64,000 nucleotides of DNA from Marsupella aquatica (Eukaryota > Plantae > Marchantiophyta), in the NCBI GenBank assembly GCA_973895155.1, contig OZ316894.1, positions 24,054,709 to 24,118,708 of the forward strand, read 5' to 3'. The notes under the pieces are model-generated. The model was not told the DNA's origin, did no database searches, and was given only the letters and a program-made list of their open reading frames with translations. Shown piece after piece: positions 48,701-62,599 of this stretch (within the stretch, counting starts at the first letter, position 1; the number at the start of each line of letters is the position of its first letter). Both the position numbers and the translations under genes were made by a program.

Positions 48701-49654
48701 GGCAAGTGGCGCGGATTGTAATTCCTTGTATTTTTCCCGGAGCCTTAAACTAGCCAGATAAAAATGAAGGTGAGGATCCACCACCCGATCTACTTGTACC
48801 TCCCATGCAGCGCAAAGTTTTTCCAAACAACCTTCAACTCTGAGCAGCCCCGCGTTGGCCTTGAAATAGGACGATTTGTGTGAGGTCGTTCCTGACTCCA
48901 CATTAGAAAGACGGAAGTGAAGAACGATTGGGTCGTGATCCGAAAGTGCAGATCCACCTTCATGACAAAGTTCTACAACCGAATCTGTCCACCAGCTTTT
49001 TCCACTAAGGTAAAATCGGTCAAGTCTAGACTGCACCACCCTCCCATTAATCTTTCGTCGCCAGGTGAACTTTGCGCCACGAAAGCTCCGAGTAACACCA
49101 ATAGCATCCTCCAAGTCAAGTCTCATTTTTAAAAACCTCCAGAATTCTGCCTCTCTTCCTCTGATCAATGGCGATGAACCAGATGAATCAATTCTGCTTT
49201 CAGTCATATTGAAATCCCCACAGATAATCCAGTTGTCGTGAGGAAGAGATATTTTGAGTTCATGCCACAGTAGAGCACGGTCACGAGGGAGATTAGGTGC
49301 ATACACACTAACTAGACCGAAGTTTCCCAAAGGGTGAGAGACACACACCCACACAGCGCGGCCTCTGTCTACTACTCCAGACTGAGTGATAGAAAGAGAG
49401 GGGTGAATAAGTAACGAAGTACCCCCGCGGCCGTCATCAGGCTCCGCAGAGAAATATTGATAGGAAGGTAGAATTAACCGAAGTGCTAGCCCTAGTCTAA
49501 AACTATCTGCTTTAACCTCTTGTAAAGCTAAGGCAGTCAATGTGGTCTTGAGCGAAATGATCCAATTTTTCACCACGTGTTTCCTGTTTGCTTCGCACAG
49601 ACCACAGACATTCCATGAAGCTATATACAATTCATTATCCATTTTTGTTTTCAA
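45723..49654 (-). pseudogene. L1 ORF2 (AP endonuclease - RT - zf-RVT), frameshifted
   Basis: SWNVCGL, LQE, GDFN, SRLDRFY, SDHDP, KAPGPDG, WRPLTMLN, LDFEKAFDRV, GVRQGCPLSP, LFADD, YLG.P, C..C...ET..HLFF.C. Confidence 0.95.
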
Positions 49655-49761
49655 AATGATCTTCCAACTCTCATCTGAATCAGGAAACGAGAGAGACCAT
49701 CACAACAGAAAATGCAGATCAGCAGGTTCTGAGGAAAGCCCAACACAGCTTCTCGAAGCAC

Positions 49762-52095
49762 TTATTTGGCACGGCGCCCCGGGGAAGCCGGGACAACCGA
49801 ATTGGAGTTAGCTGCCGAGCGCGTCCGAATTAAAGAGTCTGGGGCAGGAGGTTCCCGTGCAGGGTAATGGAGAGAGCGTCCCTTCTTGTTGTCACCTTTT
49901 TTGTCCTTCTTCTTCTGATCAGCAGGTGGAGTTCGAAGTTCTAGTTTTCTTGCTCGCTCCTTCTTTAACTGACTCTTGGAAATATATTCCTCATATTCTG
50001 ACATCTCTATATCAGATCCACCCCGCAGAGAAGCCTCCTCGACATCAATGGCAGGTTGAATGTCCATGTAATCTGCGTTTGAAGTTAGCTCCGCTGCAAG
50101 AGAGGAGGGGCTCGGTACAGCGACTAGGGAGTCCTGCTTGTTAATTTCTGCTGCTCCATGCTTCCTCAAAGCCTGCGAATCAGATATTCTCTCTAAAGCA
50201 GGCCAATCCACTGAGCCAGGGATACCATCCTATGAACTATGATCTTCAAAGAGAGCATTGTCTCTGAGAAGCGGAGGACGGTTTTCAGTGGAACGATCAG
50301 CCGGGGGAGTCGGAAGGAAGGTGGTAGAAGGAGAAGATTCTTCAATCCCCTCCGGAGTGCCAATACTGGGAGAACACGCTTTTTCAATCAAAACAGCAGC
50401 CGGGGACGAAGTCTGATTTTGATTCAAAGGTGACCTGGGGCTAATGACACTATCCCCTCTAGAAAGGGCAATGATATTACCAATGTTAAGGGTATTTCTC
50501 TCAACCGTAGGATCAGGAGGAATGACCCCAGGAGGGCCAGCAGCCGAAGATCCCCTTACTGCGCCAGCACCAGCTGTCGCAAGCACCTCCTCCGGGCCCC
50601 GAGGAGAGGGACCCAAAGGGACCCCTCCAGACTCGACGCGAACAGAGTCGGAGGACCAAGGAACCACCCGGTCAGAAGCATACGTCTCGTTCGCCTCATT
50701 GTGTGTCCTAACTGGTTCAGGTTCATCTTTATTAATCTCCTCTGTTTCAAAGGCTTTGCACTGTCTGGCCAAATGGCCCCGTTCATTACATCTAAAACAG
50801 TGGTAGGGAATGTTCTTGAACGTGACTGGCTGCCAGATAGTGATATCATCGGTAATCTCGATTCCAACACTTTGAGGGATCTCGCGACACGTATCCCAAA
50901 GTATACATGCGCGATCATGAGGAAAAGAGCTTCGAACGTCTCCCTGGATATAATAAAGAAGTTTCCCAAGGGATTCCGTGATTCTTTTCCGACAACCTTC
51001 AAGAACCAGAGCACGGAAGGGGATCTCAATCCAGACAGGTAATTTGGTGTAAGTTTCACTTCGCACATCAAAAGAAGGCTCCCAAGGGAAAGTGTGGACA
51101 AATTTCCAATCCATGAAGAAAGGGACCAGCTCCAAAGCTGCATCTCTGTGCTCCGGGTGAACAAACGAAATCATGTAAAAATTCTTGCCCACAAATTTAA
51201 TCTGCGATACCGGCCAACCCATATCTCTGATGATGAAGATGCCTTCAACCCAATCACGAAAGACTGGAAGCAGAGGAGTGCGGTCAGTGAAGTAGCACAT
51301 CATGGTGCAATTGTAAAGCTCCGAAACTAAAAGGGCCGCCTCATTGAATGACCACTTGAAAGTAGTGTGGAGCTTATTCGGCCAATCTTCCCTGGAATTG
51401 TTCAAGATTGTCTTCAGAATATCCAAACATGCTTCTGAATTCTCCCTAGAAAAGTCGTCGTGTTCATGGATAGAAGCAAACGTGTTCCAGTGGGCCTGCT
51501 GGCGGCTGGGAGTAGGTTCAGCATTGTTTTCCAATCCCCTGTGATTCCTCGCTATTCCGAGATTAGGATCACTACGTTCTCCCCAACGCTCACGTGGAGA
51601 TTCAGGTTGCACAGGGTCGTTCTGGCAATCTCCAGAGTCAGGGTGAGGTCCCGAGTGAGGAGCAGCAATCGCACCCGGCGGGGAAGCAAGAGGTCTCTCT
51701 TCAACGACAGCAGCTTCTTGAAAATTTGCATCCATTTGATCAGCCCACGAAGGACCATTTCTAGGAATGAATCGAGAAATCCTCGGAGGCTGTTCAGCTG
51801 GTGGTCTTCGGTCATGCTCTGCCGAGTTGTCAAAAAGGTCGTAGGGTGCATTCTTCGGGCCTCCGCGCGCATCCTGCATAGAGAATCTGCTGGGCACATT
51901 TCCTCCAGTATCCCTCCTGATTTCATCTCCATCACGTGTAGTACCCCCCTCAGACAAGGGTGAGCCAACATTCCTCCAAGAAGTGCCATACCGATTTTTG
52001 CCAAAGCCTCTTCCAGACGAAGCAGCACCAAGTCTTCCAGGCCCACGACCGGCATATGCACGAGTATCCATTCCAGAGCGCCAATTGTAATCCAT
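49762..52095 (-). pseudogene. L1 ORF1 (DUF4283-like + CCHC zinc knuckle), one frameshift near the C-terminus
   Basis: FPWEPSFD...LPVWIEIP, CFRCNERGHLARQC. Confidence 0.9.
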
Positions 52096-55000
52096 AGTTC
52101 AATGTTGCTTTAGAATAGGGAGCTCAAAGGGTCCAGGGGCCGTAACGAATGTCAGTGTCGGGACTACCAAGACCAGAGATTCCGCTACAGCATCATCCTA
52201 CCTCAAATGCTCAGAAGTTAGTCAAAATGCAAACTATCACTGCGCAAAAGGTGTCGAGAAGAAGCTCTGATGTTCCTGAATCCAATGAGACCGACGACGT
52301 GTTTACCAGGAATCTTAAACTCGTGTAAACCCGGAACGCAAATGTGAGATGCTCAAGCTCTCTCCGCTCCTCTCCGCTCCTTCAGCTCTAGACCATGAAC
52401 TTTGATAGTGTTATCTCATCTACCATATCTAGGGATTTTTATGGCTGCACATTTGAGGGTGTCTATTTGCTATAGTATTTCTAATAAAACTCTCCTGTAT
52501 GTTTACAGTATCAATTCTATTCAGCATTTCATGACTGGTGCACAAGGGAGCAGAATGGGGTGTCTGTAGGGATGCGATCATTCATATACTTCAAGCCATA
52601 TTATGTTCGCAAGATGAAGGACCGAAATGTTTGTTGCTGCAAACAACATGTGGAGATGGACTTACTAAAGAGGCAATTAACAAATTTAGGTGGCACCAGC
52701 ACAATAAGGACTGTCCTTGTGAATGTGATATCTGTAGACCCTTAGGTGTTGTACCCATTTCTTCTTGTATGGCATCTACAAAGTCCATAACCTCAGTTCG
52801 TGGCTGGATAGAGGAAGCTCTCTGTCCTAGATTGCCTAAGAACGAGTGGCACCAAAAAGCCTGTATTATAGGTGAATGTGACAAATGTGGAGTAGAGAAG
52901 TTGGATTGGTGCACTCAGGAGTTGGACCCTGCACAGAACAAATGATCGATTGGCAGTCGTTTGAATATCATGACCTGGATGACACTGCCCAACAAAAGAG
53001 AGAGAAAAAGAAAGGGTCTGAAGAGAGCGCAACAAAGAAGGCTAGGCAATTGAGGATGGTTTATAAGAAAACTCCCATGGTAGATTTTAAGAGGGCGGTG
53101 TTGGATACCATGAAAACATTTATTGTGCATAACTTTCGAGCACATTGGCAGTCGCAACAATTTAGACAATGTCTCAAAACATTTCCAAGAGGGACAATTG
53201 TTTCTTCAATAGATTTTTCAGAAAATTACACTTTTTTGCCTCAAAATGAGATTCAGAGTCAACATTGGGACAATAAGCAAGGGACATTGTTAATCCATGT
53301 TACCTATAGACATAGGGAAGATGTCGATTCACTTGAAGCTGTAGTGGGTAGGCCTGTGCAAGCAGCACAAAATGCTGATAGGACTCATGATATTATAGCC
53401 GATTACCATTTCTACATTAGTGACGATAACTGTCATGACACTCTTTTTGTGCAACATTGCATGGATGCACATTGGGAGTGGATGGCTGATCAGGGCATTC
53501 ATGTTGATCAACATTGGGTTTGGTCTGATGGGGCTGCCTCTCAGTTCAAGGCCTACAGACCATTTTATTACGTCAGTAGGTACTACTCGAGGTTTGGTGC
53601 ACGGATGAAATGGTTCTTCCATGCCTCTGGCCATGGGAAGGGTGTTGCTGTGAGTATATTTTGAACACACTTTGCAACCAATTCTGTGAATACTCACCTT
53701 TCAACTAAAGTGTAGTAAGTTTCTAATGGAGTTGGATGTCCAGACTTGCACACCTAAGAGACTTCTAATTTGTGTTTCTGGTATGTTGTAATAGGATGCT
53801 CTCGGAGGTCACATCAAGACCGGGCTTGCAACTGAGCAACTGAAAGGCATCAATGGTCATCGTCTGGAGGGTGCATCAGATGTGGTGAAGTTTTGCAAAG
53901 ACAAGTTTGCCGTTGGTCAATTGCAAGAGTATGGTGATGTGCAACTCGTTCGACGTGTTTTTTGGGAAATTCCAGTTGGCACTGTAAACAGAAGGAAGAA
54001 GTGGGATTGTGATCCAATCAAGGGTTGTAGATCTTTGCACTGCTTTGATGGATTTAGTAAGAGTTTGTCAACATTGTTGCAAGTTTGAGAGCTCAATTGT
54101 TTTTGTGTAGCTTGTGTTGATGATGATCCAATGAATTGTGAGAACAAGGAATGGGTAGGCAAGTATCACCTAGAGATGGTCAAAGGGGTATTGCAGGCAG
54201 ATGTCAGACCTAATGTACAGAACATGGGAGAGGGTGAAGGACTGCTTGACAACATCTCTCTGCCAGAATGTGTCCAATTGGGAGATTTCTATGCATGTCG
54301 TGCTTGTCAACCGAATCAAGATAATGTAGATTTCTACATTTATCAGTGCAAAGAGGTGCTCCACACAGTCACAAAGAGTTTTGCTGATGGGTACCAGGTA
54401 CAATTCAAGGCAGGGGACATGGCCTTAAAGGGGAGGTGGTTCCAACCATATCCAGGATCAGAAAACAAGTTTGTCTTGATTCAATTCTGCTTCTCCTTTC
54501 AGCTACTGCCACCCAGGGGAAGTCATTCACATTCGATTTGGTTTGACACCATGTGATGTGCCCAAGGGAGGCAAGGGACGAGGTGCTAGATTTTACACAC
54601 TAGACTTAGACACTATAGAAGCCATTTATGACTCGTTGCAGGTGTAGGTTCTGTAAGACTCGCTGCAGGTGTAGGTTCTGTAGGTTCTGGATGTGTGTGA
54701 TGAGGATATCCAAAGTTTCAATCTCGTAGGTGAGTCTAGTTTTGTCTTACATGAAGATTTCCAAGAATTCTGTCTCGTAGGCGAGGCTGGTTTTTATGGA
54801 ACTGTAAAATTGTTCAGAGATTTAATGTAAGGCGCGCATTGACTTATTTTTCACCTTCATTTCATTTTAGCATCAACAATGGTTGGTCACAACCCGTCAG
54901 GCAGAACCAGTAACATTGTGTAAGTACTGCTGTAATGGTAGTGTCCCTCAAAAGTGTCGGAATGACTAAGTGTCATTATACTTTTTTGACAAAACATACA

Positions 55001-57601
55001 AATCTATCATCTTTGACTATTTTTCACTTCTAATCATAAACTCCAAAAGTGGTGAATCTTAAGCTGTGGCTTCTACTATCTACAATCTCTATGCTAACAA
55101 TTTTTAAGACTTTTTCTGAGTAGCCAAGTGCCTCAATAAAATTGCAGAAAAGTGCTTACGTAGCACAGACCCTAAATCCATCCATATCCATGAACAGATT
55201 CCTTGTCGCCTTTAAATACTTGATGTCTTCAGGTTCTTTCCATGGTTTCCCATTCTACTCGTCCGACCCTGAAGGGGCTTTACTAGGACAATATTGAATA
55301 TCTATCCCTGTGGGAGTTTTATTGGTTTTGAGGCACTTTGTCTCTCAATTGAGAGAGTTAAATTATCATTTTCGCATGTACTCAATATTACATATTCTAT
55401 ATTTCACCGGCGGGGCAATAATTTTGATCACGTTGGGGACACCCGCATGGTTCTGTTGCTCGCCATGACTATTTAAGAACAATAGAAAAAAAATCACATA
55501 AACCATAATAATGCACTTTGCCAGTAATTCAAAGTAAAGCGGGTCTGGAGAAGTGTCCCATGTTGAAGCCAGACATTATCCCGCAAGGAATTTGCAGCAC
55601 CCACACGTAGACAGGATCCTAGTGGAAACAAAAGACGAAATGTATGGAGCTTTCGTGACCAAACCACTCAATTAAAATAGACATGAATGTGGGCATGAAT
55701 AACATGTGCGGTTTTCTTCAAACTCTGTAAATTGTAACCAGGCACCAAATTCTGAGATGAATACATAGTTGGTAAGAAAAAGTCTTACAATGAAAATGAG
55801 GCTCCCAAGGCCTCAATCCCTAACAAAGTATCATCCAAAACCAGATGATTTAACCTAGCCATCCGAAACCCTTCCTCTTGTATAGTGCGAGCCACCGGTA
55901 ACGGCAATGCTGATAGGTGTGAGATGGTTGGTGGCAATGCAGTGAGCTCTGGGATCAGATTTGGCCGTAACTCAGACTGCACCAACACAAAGGGCTCCCC
56001 TACTCCTAGCACGTGATCTACGTCTGGCTCTTCGTCGGGACGTATGGCGCGCCTCATTGTGTTGAGACCCTTCGTGCGGCACACCAACTTGTTCTTCTAG
56101 CTCCCGTGGCAACCTCCTCTCTTCTGCAAGCCGTAATTGTTCTTCGGCAGCAACCTCAGAGGGCACTCGGTCTAGCTCAGGCGTACGTGAGTGTTGGGGG
56201 CTTGCTCTTCCTCCCCTTCTTCCTCTTGGCATCCCATTGAGACCTGCATGCCAAGTTCACGAAAAACAATATCACCAACAAATCTTCCTCAAACATCAAC
56301 CGTTGCATGTTGCGTTGTGGTTGACGTAAAATTACAGAGTAACCAAGAAAAAAAAACTTCTCACGTATCAACCGTTGCAAGCTGCGTTGTGGTTGATATG
56401 CTTGAACTCCAAATAGACGTAGCTCCCCTCCTCCTGCAACCAAACAAGGAGAAGGATCCCCGGCAGCGGCGCCAAAAACAAGGACCACACTTATGTCACC
56501 TGCTTATCAAACGATTTACACGACAAATACGTATTTACTCCTACTAAAATTGTTTGTTATCGTATGACGAGAACGTGGAGGGACGCTATTTGGATTCTAT
56601 TGCACGTAGGATGAGTATGTTTATTTCCGCTCCCGGAAATGTAATTTTTGATCAAGTCTACCGACTAGCCGCTCTGCTTTTGATCAAGTCCTATGGACTA
56701 CATCACACACACACACACTCCTACTGGTCGTTGGTGGAGTGTTGTCACCACCCCTCCTACTCACATGGTTGACCAAACCGTGCAAGGATTCCTTAGACAC
56801 TTCTTGGGGAAAGAACACAATCGTGAACCAGAAAAGATAACGCCACACCAAAACTTGAGGAATCAAACCAAATCCATATCTTTTGGCAAAATGTCGTAAC
56901 ACATTGCAAGGACAACCCAGCCTCCTGCCGTCTGCCCAACTACTGCCTCACTGGGGCAAGTGCTACACCTCTACCTCACTACTCTGGCTTGATTCCCTCT
57001 TCTGGCTACGAGCTAACTTCCCTAAGCAAACACTAGACTGAGTTCCCCCCCTTACTACCCCGGGGATCTCCCCCTAAATACCAAAAAACACACCAAAGCA
57101 CCCTCACGGGGCCACAACGATGGTGGCTACCCTAGCGGCGCCGCTAAAATCCTTCACTAAGAAACCCCTAAACTAAAATCATGCAGCGCACACATGCTTC
57201 TAAAACCCTAAACCCTAAACTAACAATGGGACCGACGGTGCCTTCGATGGCGCCCCAACATTACTCCGTGAACCGTGAAATTGCAAGGAACCCCACAATG
57301 GCCAAAACTAGGTGCCCTTCCACTTGCACTTCTGAGTTCACCCCTGGATAGCCCTCCTCCTCCTGATCATGAATCACTCAACCGTTCTTGAAACGGACAT
57401 CGGACGACCAAGTTATGGTTGTTTCAGTATCCCATAAACCCAACTTCGTCGGGCCCTAACTTGCTCGTCCTGGCTCCGTTTGAGGAGCGCCACCTCTTGT
57501 TGGAATCAGCTCCGCGAGCTCTTTCCAACAAGCCCGTGAGTGACCCCTCACAAAAAATTTGGAAATTCAAGGGGCCGTACAATCACGTCCGTACGCCCAC
57601 T

Positions 57602-59379
57602 CTAATACTCCTCCTCTTCACTCACGGTGCCCTGGCTTGAGCCCCGTGAGTGGGCCTCCTCATCACTCTCCACTGGAGTGAGTGCCACTTCACCCCTCTT
57701 CTTCTTCACCGGGGTACTCCTTGTGCTAGTGCTCCCCTGCTTCCTCAAATTGGCCAAGGCTTGCCACGCCTTGATGTACCCCTCACCAATGGTGTCCTTC
57801 CACAAGGCCGCCTCTTCACCGGACCGCAACTCCAACGGTAAAACCTGCCCGATGGCCATGGGAGTGCCAGGGGTGACAGATCGGGGTGGCATCCCTAGGG
57901 TCCCCGTGTTGACCTGAGCCTCTCGTAACGATTTACGTACCTCCCTGAGCTTCTTCTCTAAGCTCTTGCTCTTCTCTTGACTCTTCTTGGCTGCATCCAA
58001 CAGGGGTCCATACTTCCCACTGACTTCCTTCACCACCATCTCAATGGCCCTGGAGATCAAATCCGGGGAAAGTAAGGAGCTAGGTGTGCAGGGGCTCTTC
58101 CGTTTCCCCAGACTCAAGGCCTCACTCCTCTTAGCCCTTGTCTCAAAGATCACCATTTGACTCCGTAGTGCTCCCACCTGGGCTCTTAACTCCACCACTT
58201 GTCCAGAATTATGCTTCTCTTTGGCCAATGCCTGTTTCAATACTCCAACCTCTTCCGCTTCCTTGGCCTTGGTGGACAAGGCTCCTTTCAAGTTGGAGAT
58301 CTCTACGTGAGCTACTTGGAGAAGCTTAACCTTCTCATGAATGGCCTCCTCCTTGGCCTTGATCACCTCCTTCATAGACAGGGCACTCTGCTCCAAAGTC
58401 TCTACTTGGTGGCCTGTTTGAGAGAATCTCTCAATGCATGGACTAGCTTGAGTCCCTCATGGACTCCCTCCCGGAAATCCAGTAACTCCGCCAGGTAGAC
58501 ATCAGGAATGTCGTAGACCAGGGGCTCCTCCGGATCTCCCACAAGTGATTCAAGCCACTCCAATGTGGAGTCCTCATCCTGGTTTTCTTCCTCTCTATTA
58601 TCATCCCCAACCGCCGACGATGATCCCTCCGTTAGTTTCCCCAAGATGGTAGTGGCAATACTCCTGATTTCCGTGGTAAGGGATGATCCAAAGTCTTCCT
58701 ATCCCAGGGAAACAATCCACCCTTCTGCTCTGGCCAGCAAAAATGACCCCATCAAAAGTATAGCCCCACCTGGTTTCACACTCCCGGGATCGGCGTCCAA
58801 TAGCTTCTTCAACCCGTAGTACCACCATCCGTACACATGGGCTGGATAGTTCTTGATGTCCATAGCTACCACAAAATGCTCTCCATTCACCACCCTGGAT
58901 TGCACGTTACCAAGGATCCGTTGATGAAGCTTGGCCAAAAATCCCTTGTGCTCAGCATCCTTGACGGCGGAAAGAGGAATGGAAGTAGTGGAGGTGGGAT
59001 TAATCACCCAACCGGCCACCATTGTCAACGTGAGCTCTCCCCTTATGTTCCGAGGTGTGAATGAGAATTGCTGGTTCTCCAGAAACAGAAGCTTAGCCAA
59101 CTCCACATGGGGCACTACCCGTTGGAGACATTCAAAGTAGATTCCTTCCGTATGTAACTCCATCCCGGCCTCAATGTTCCAACTCTTCCCTGAAGGGATG
59201 GTAATCTCCACCTTCATGAACTCCGTGAGCCCGGTGGCTTGAAAAATATTCCTACAATCCTCCATCACCTTGGCGGAGGTTTTGGGATAAATTCGACGAA
59301 AAACCTTCCTACTCACCGGTGCGGAACTTGCCGCCAGTCCAGTACTCATCATAGCTTCTCTCTCTTCTCTCTCTTGCAA
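57602..59379 (-). pseudogene. Frameshifted TE accessory-type ORF (globular N-terminus, acidic linker, coiled coil); function unknown
   Basis: Consecutive minus-strand ORFs 58699-59379, 58402-58644 and 57602-58396 with protein-like composition and a long heptad-rich region. No catalytic motif recognised. Confidence 0.5.
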
Positions 59380-59799
59380 TCAATGTCTCAACGTAGTCAC
59401 AATAAGCAGCCTTGTATCTCCGAATGCGTGCCGCACTAAACTCCGGTTGATCCAGCATCCATGCATCCAGAAATCAAATCCTCAATTACCAAATCCCGTC
59501 ACCCATAGCAATGTCAATTCCCTGGCCCAAAACGGCCCCCGTATCCCGATCAATCAATTACCCTCAATTTCCTCAGAAGCCACTCCGTGCTACTGCCGCT
59601 AATGCCCGAAAGAATCATGCCAACAAGCCTCAACAATTGACCATGAGAAAGAGCTTCCAGAATAATTGCAAAATGTGGAGCGAGCTTTTGGCAAGAGTTG
59701 AGAGAGAGCCCAAGTTTTTGCTTTTGGGAATGAGTTGGTCTTGCAAAAGAGAGGAAGTGAGAAAATAGGAAGGAAAAAAAGGAAACCCCATGGCTCCTT

Positions 59800-60600
59800 C
59801 TCGCCATGCGCCCCGGCTGCCCCGCGCCCCGGCTCGCCGCCCTACTCCCTCCTCTCACCAGCTCGCGGGAGCCACCCGGCAGCACGTGGCCCTATGCAGG
59901 GCTCGCACTGCGCCCTGTTACCTCCGAGGCTGGGGGATTTAATTCCCCCCCTTTGCTACACGCTGCCCTATGTAGCACCTCGCGTACCGGTAGCACCCTG
60001 CGCCCTCCTCCTGGCTCACAGAACGGTTTAATACCCCCACCACCTTTACTCGCCCCTCTTTTTTTGGGGGGGGCCCGGCTCCCGGTACGCCTCCCATAGC
60101 GCTCCCCCTGGTATGGGGAATTAAATTCCCTCCTCCCCCCAACTCCACTCACGGGAGAGTTAATACTCCCCCCTGACCTCTTCCTCCTTTCTTCGGCTGT
60201 GGCCCGGCTGCGCCTCGGCTTGCCCCGGCTCGCCCCGGCTGCCCTGGTACCCTCCTGGGAGGGTATAATGTGACTCCCCCCGAATGCGTCCCTTTTGGGG
60301 AATTTAAACCCCCCGTGCCTGGGCGCCTCCCAGGTGCTCCGCGCCCCGGCTGCCCTGCTTACTCGCGGAGCTCCCTCCTTAGCCCCCAAGATTCCACGTG
60401 TCAAGCCCCATGGGTGCCCCTTATGGTCTCCTTGGCAGCGCGTTTCCCTATGCAAGCCCTCGCGGTAGCACCATGGCCTTTTAACAAAAAAAACAAAACA
60501 CCCCCTTATATACCCTTTTTCCCTAACACTTAAAGTTCCACTCCCTACTCCTTGCTATTGGGGTCCTCGGAAATGGTCATAAAATAATGGGGAATTCCCC
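59800..60600. repeat. GC/CpG-rich island with gcgccccggctgccc repeats and GGGG-(AT core)-CCCC hairpin-like palindromes
   Basis: gccccggct at ~59809, 59826, 60221, 60232, 60343. gggggatttaattcccccc (59932), ggggaattaaattccc (60115), gggagagttaatactccc (60153), ggggaatttaaacccc (60297), ggggaattcccc (60589). Confidence 0.75.
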
Positions 60601-61260
60601 CAAAGTAGGGTCTTCTGTCAAATTCTATTTCTAAGGACCCAACGTATAAAATACTCCGGTCCCTCATAAGTGACGGAAGTAACTTCCAAAAATTTTTAAA
60701 AAAAACGGCGCATTTACAATGGTTATTTACATGGCACCACCCCAGTTCACAATCATCGAGGATTTCCAGTGACGGGAACCTCGTCACAATAACCATCCAC
60801 GACTTGGGATAGCTGCAAAACCTCCTCAATTGGGAGGCCCACACAGAGACTCAACTTATACCCATTCCTGTCTTTCTCTCCAAACACTTCGGCCAATTGC
60901 TCCTTGGAAATGTCTTTGATCTTATGAGGATTAACACCTTCATTTGGAAGACCAAATGTGACATGGAAATACTCTGCGTCCTTCACATAATCTTTAGGAT
61001 CCCATGGCTCTAGAGGCGGCTCCACCTTAGTCTTTGGTTTTGCAGTTTTGATACTCTCTACAAGAGCTGGAGAGTCGGGAGAAGCACGATCTGTAGCTTG
61101 GGAGGCATACGTGCCAGTTGGTTTGCTAGTGGACCGGACTCTGCTGAGACGAGGGAGAACAGGGTCTGGGACTATAACTATCTCCATTTCTCCTACAGTA
61201 GCTCAAGAGTAGAAGTTCTAGGAACTTCTGGATTATCAGTTGAGGCATCCATGACGGCAT
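60545..61260 (-). pseudogene. Degraded TE accessory ORF of unknown function
   Basis: ORFs 60753-61187 and 60545-60844 overlap by a frameshift (…FGLPNEG…LAEVFGEKDRNGYKLS…). Assignment is tentative. Confidence 0.35.
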
Positions 61261-62599
61261 TCAAAAATACGCTAGTACAGAGGAAAGTTGTGGTGAAAAC
61301 TCAAAGTATAAGCAAGCGTATTGGGCCAACACCTACATTATTACCTCAGGACTACTGCGGATTGAAAATGGATGTTGGTTGGATTCAATCACCAATGACT
61401 CGGGTAAAATTTCCTCCACTGGCTTCAAACAAACCGCCCGCTCGGCCTACATGCATTACACAATGGAATTAGAAGGTTGCATTACTCCAACCAATGCAGC
61501 TGACGGATAATCCCGTGTTAATAGCACGCAAACAGATAGGGGTACATACGACGGTCTATCAAAAAGTCAGCTAAGGAATCGAAAGAATGCTAGCCATCAT
61601 TTTTGAGAGTTTGATCATCATGTGCAAACCAAACCTATGTCAGCGACCCGTCGAAGTGCTCAGATGTGAAAAAAACAAAGAAATCGCTTCTGGAAGTAAG
61701 TTGGCCGTCCTCCACTAGCTTCCCTTTGTTGCCAATAAACTCTACTGCGACGAGAGCTCTCAGGCTGTAATTATCTCAATGGTTTGAATGGGCCGGGCCG
61801 ACATGGACAATCTTGCAATGCGCAAAAAAATACCTACTTGTTTGCAATTCTCGTCGCTCTCTCTTCCTGCCCCAACACTCGAACACTATTGATTTTGGCT
61901 ATTGACCTCAAGCTGCTTGGTGTCCACCATGAAACACTTTGTAAAATTTGATAGCTCAGGCATAAAACTCTCAATAATACTCCTTTGTGCTCGAGTCCTT
62001 ACTACTGTTGAGACTATCGCGCCAAAGTTGGAAGGACTTGATGTCCTTGTTTTCAAAATGTCCTGGCCGGCGGGGATTGCGAGGACATTTATTGTAGGTT
62101 TCCAAGACTTCCGAGTCTTTTTTTTGAAAAGTAAACGACGGCTACTCGCCTCGAGGACATTAAACACATCATAAGTACTCTATATGAGGATACGAGTGCA
62201 AGCTTTACTAGGGTCCTACTAAATCCAAAAAAGTTCATTTAATGGAATCAGTTCACCAGTTCAAATCTAGCCTTTGATATACGTATCCTCAATCTTGGCC
62301 ATTGAGGGATATATTACACATTTAATGCAAAATGGCAAGGACTCGAGTCCTTTTTGTGGAGAAAAAAGGAGAAAAATGGTAGTCCTCAATCATGCAATCC
62401 ACCACAAGTCTCCTTTTATTGTATCACCTTTACAACAAAAGTTCACTACACATTCTCCACACTAAGCATGGACCACCTCTCCCTTCTCAAGCTTAGCCCT
62501 ACCTTGGCAAGGTAGAGATTCCACTTAAGAGATGAGACTCCCGGTCCCTAACAAATGAAAACTTCCTCCTTATATACTATTCTCCTTCCACACCACACC

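Larger units (their letters stand above)
45527..52424 (-). mobile_element. Full-length plant L1 LINE (~6.9 kb) with 16-bp TSD
   Basis: TSD ATATCTAGGGATTTTT at 45511-45526 and 52425-52440. A-rich tail (T-rich on +) at 45527-45555. ORF1 and ORF2 present. Confidence 0.95.
32809..54647 (+). pseudogene. Sola2-like DDE transposase gene, interrupted by three nested insertions
   Basis: Pieces 32809-33170, 33844-34322, 43754-44145, 52509-53649 and 53795-54647 join when the insertions and introns are removed, with some stops and frameshifts remaining. Motifs FKPYYVR...CCCKQH, C..G.C.KCG, IDFSENY..QNEIQSQHW, ISDD..HD, WSDGAASQFK, FHASGHGKG.ADALGG.IK. Element termini not identified. Confidence 0.8.

Noticed and set aside
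12266-60533. Numerous short antisense or overlapping ORFs within TE genes and the GC-rich block
   Set aside because: Shadow frames of real coding sequence or of low-stop GC-rich DNA.
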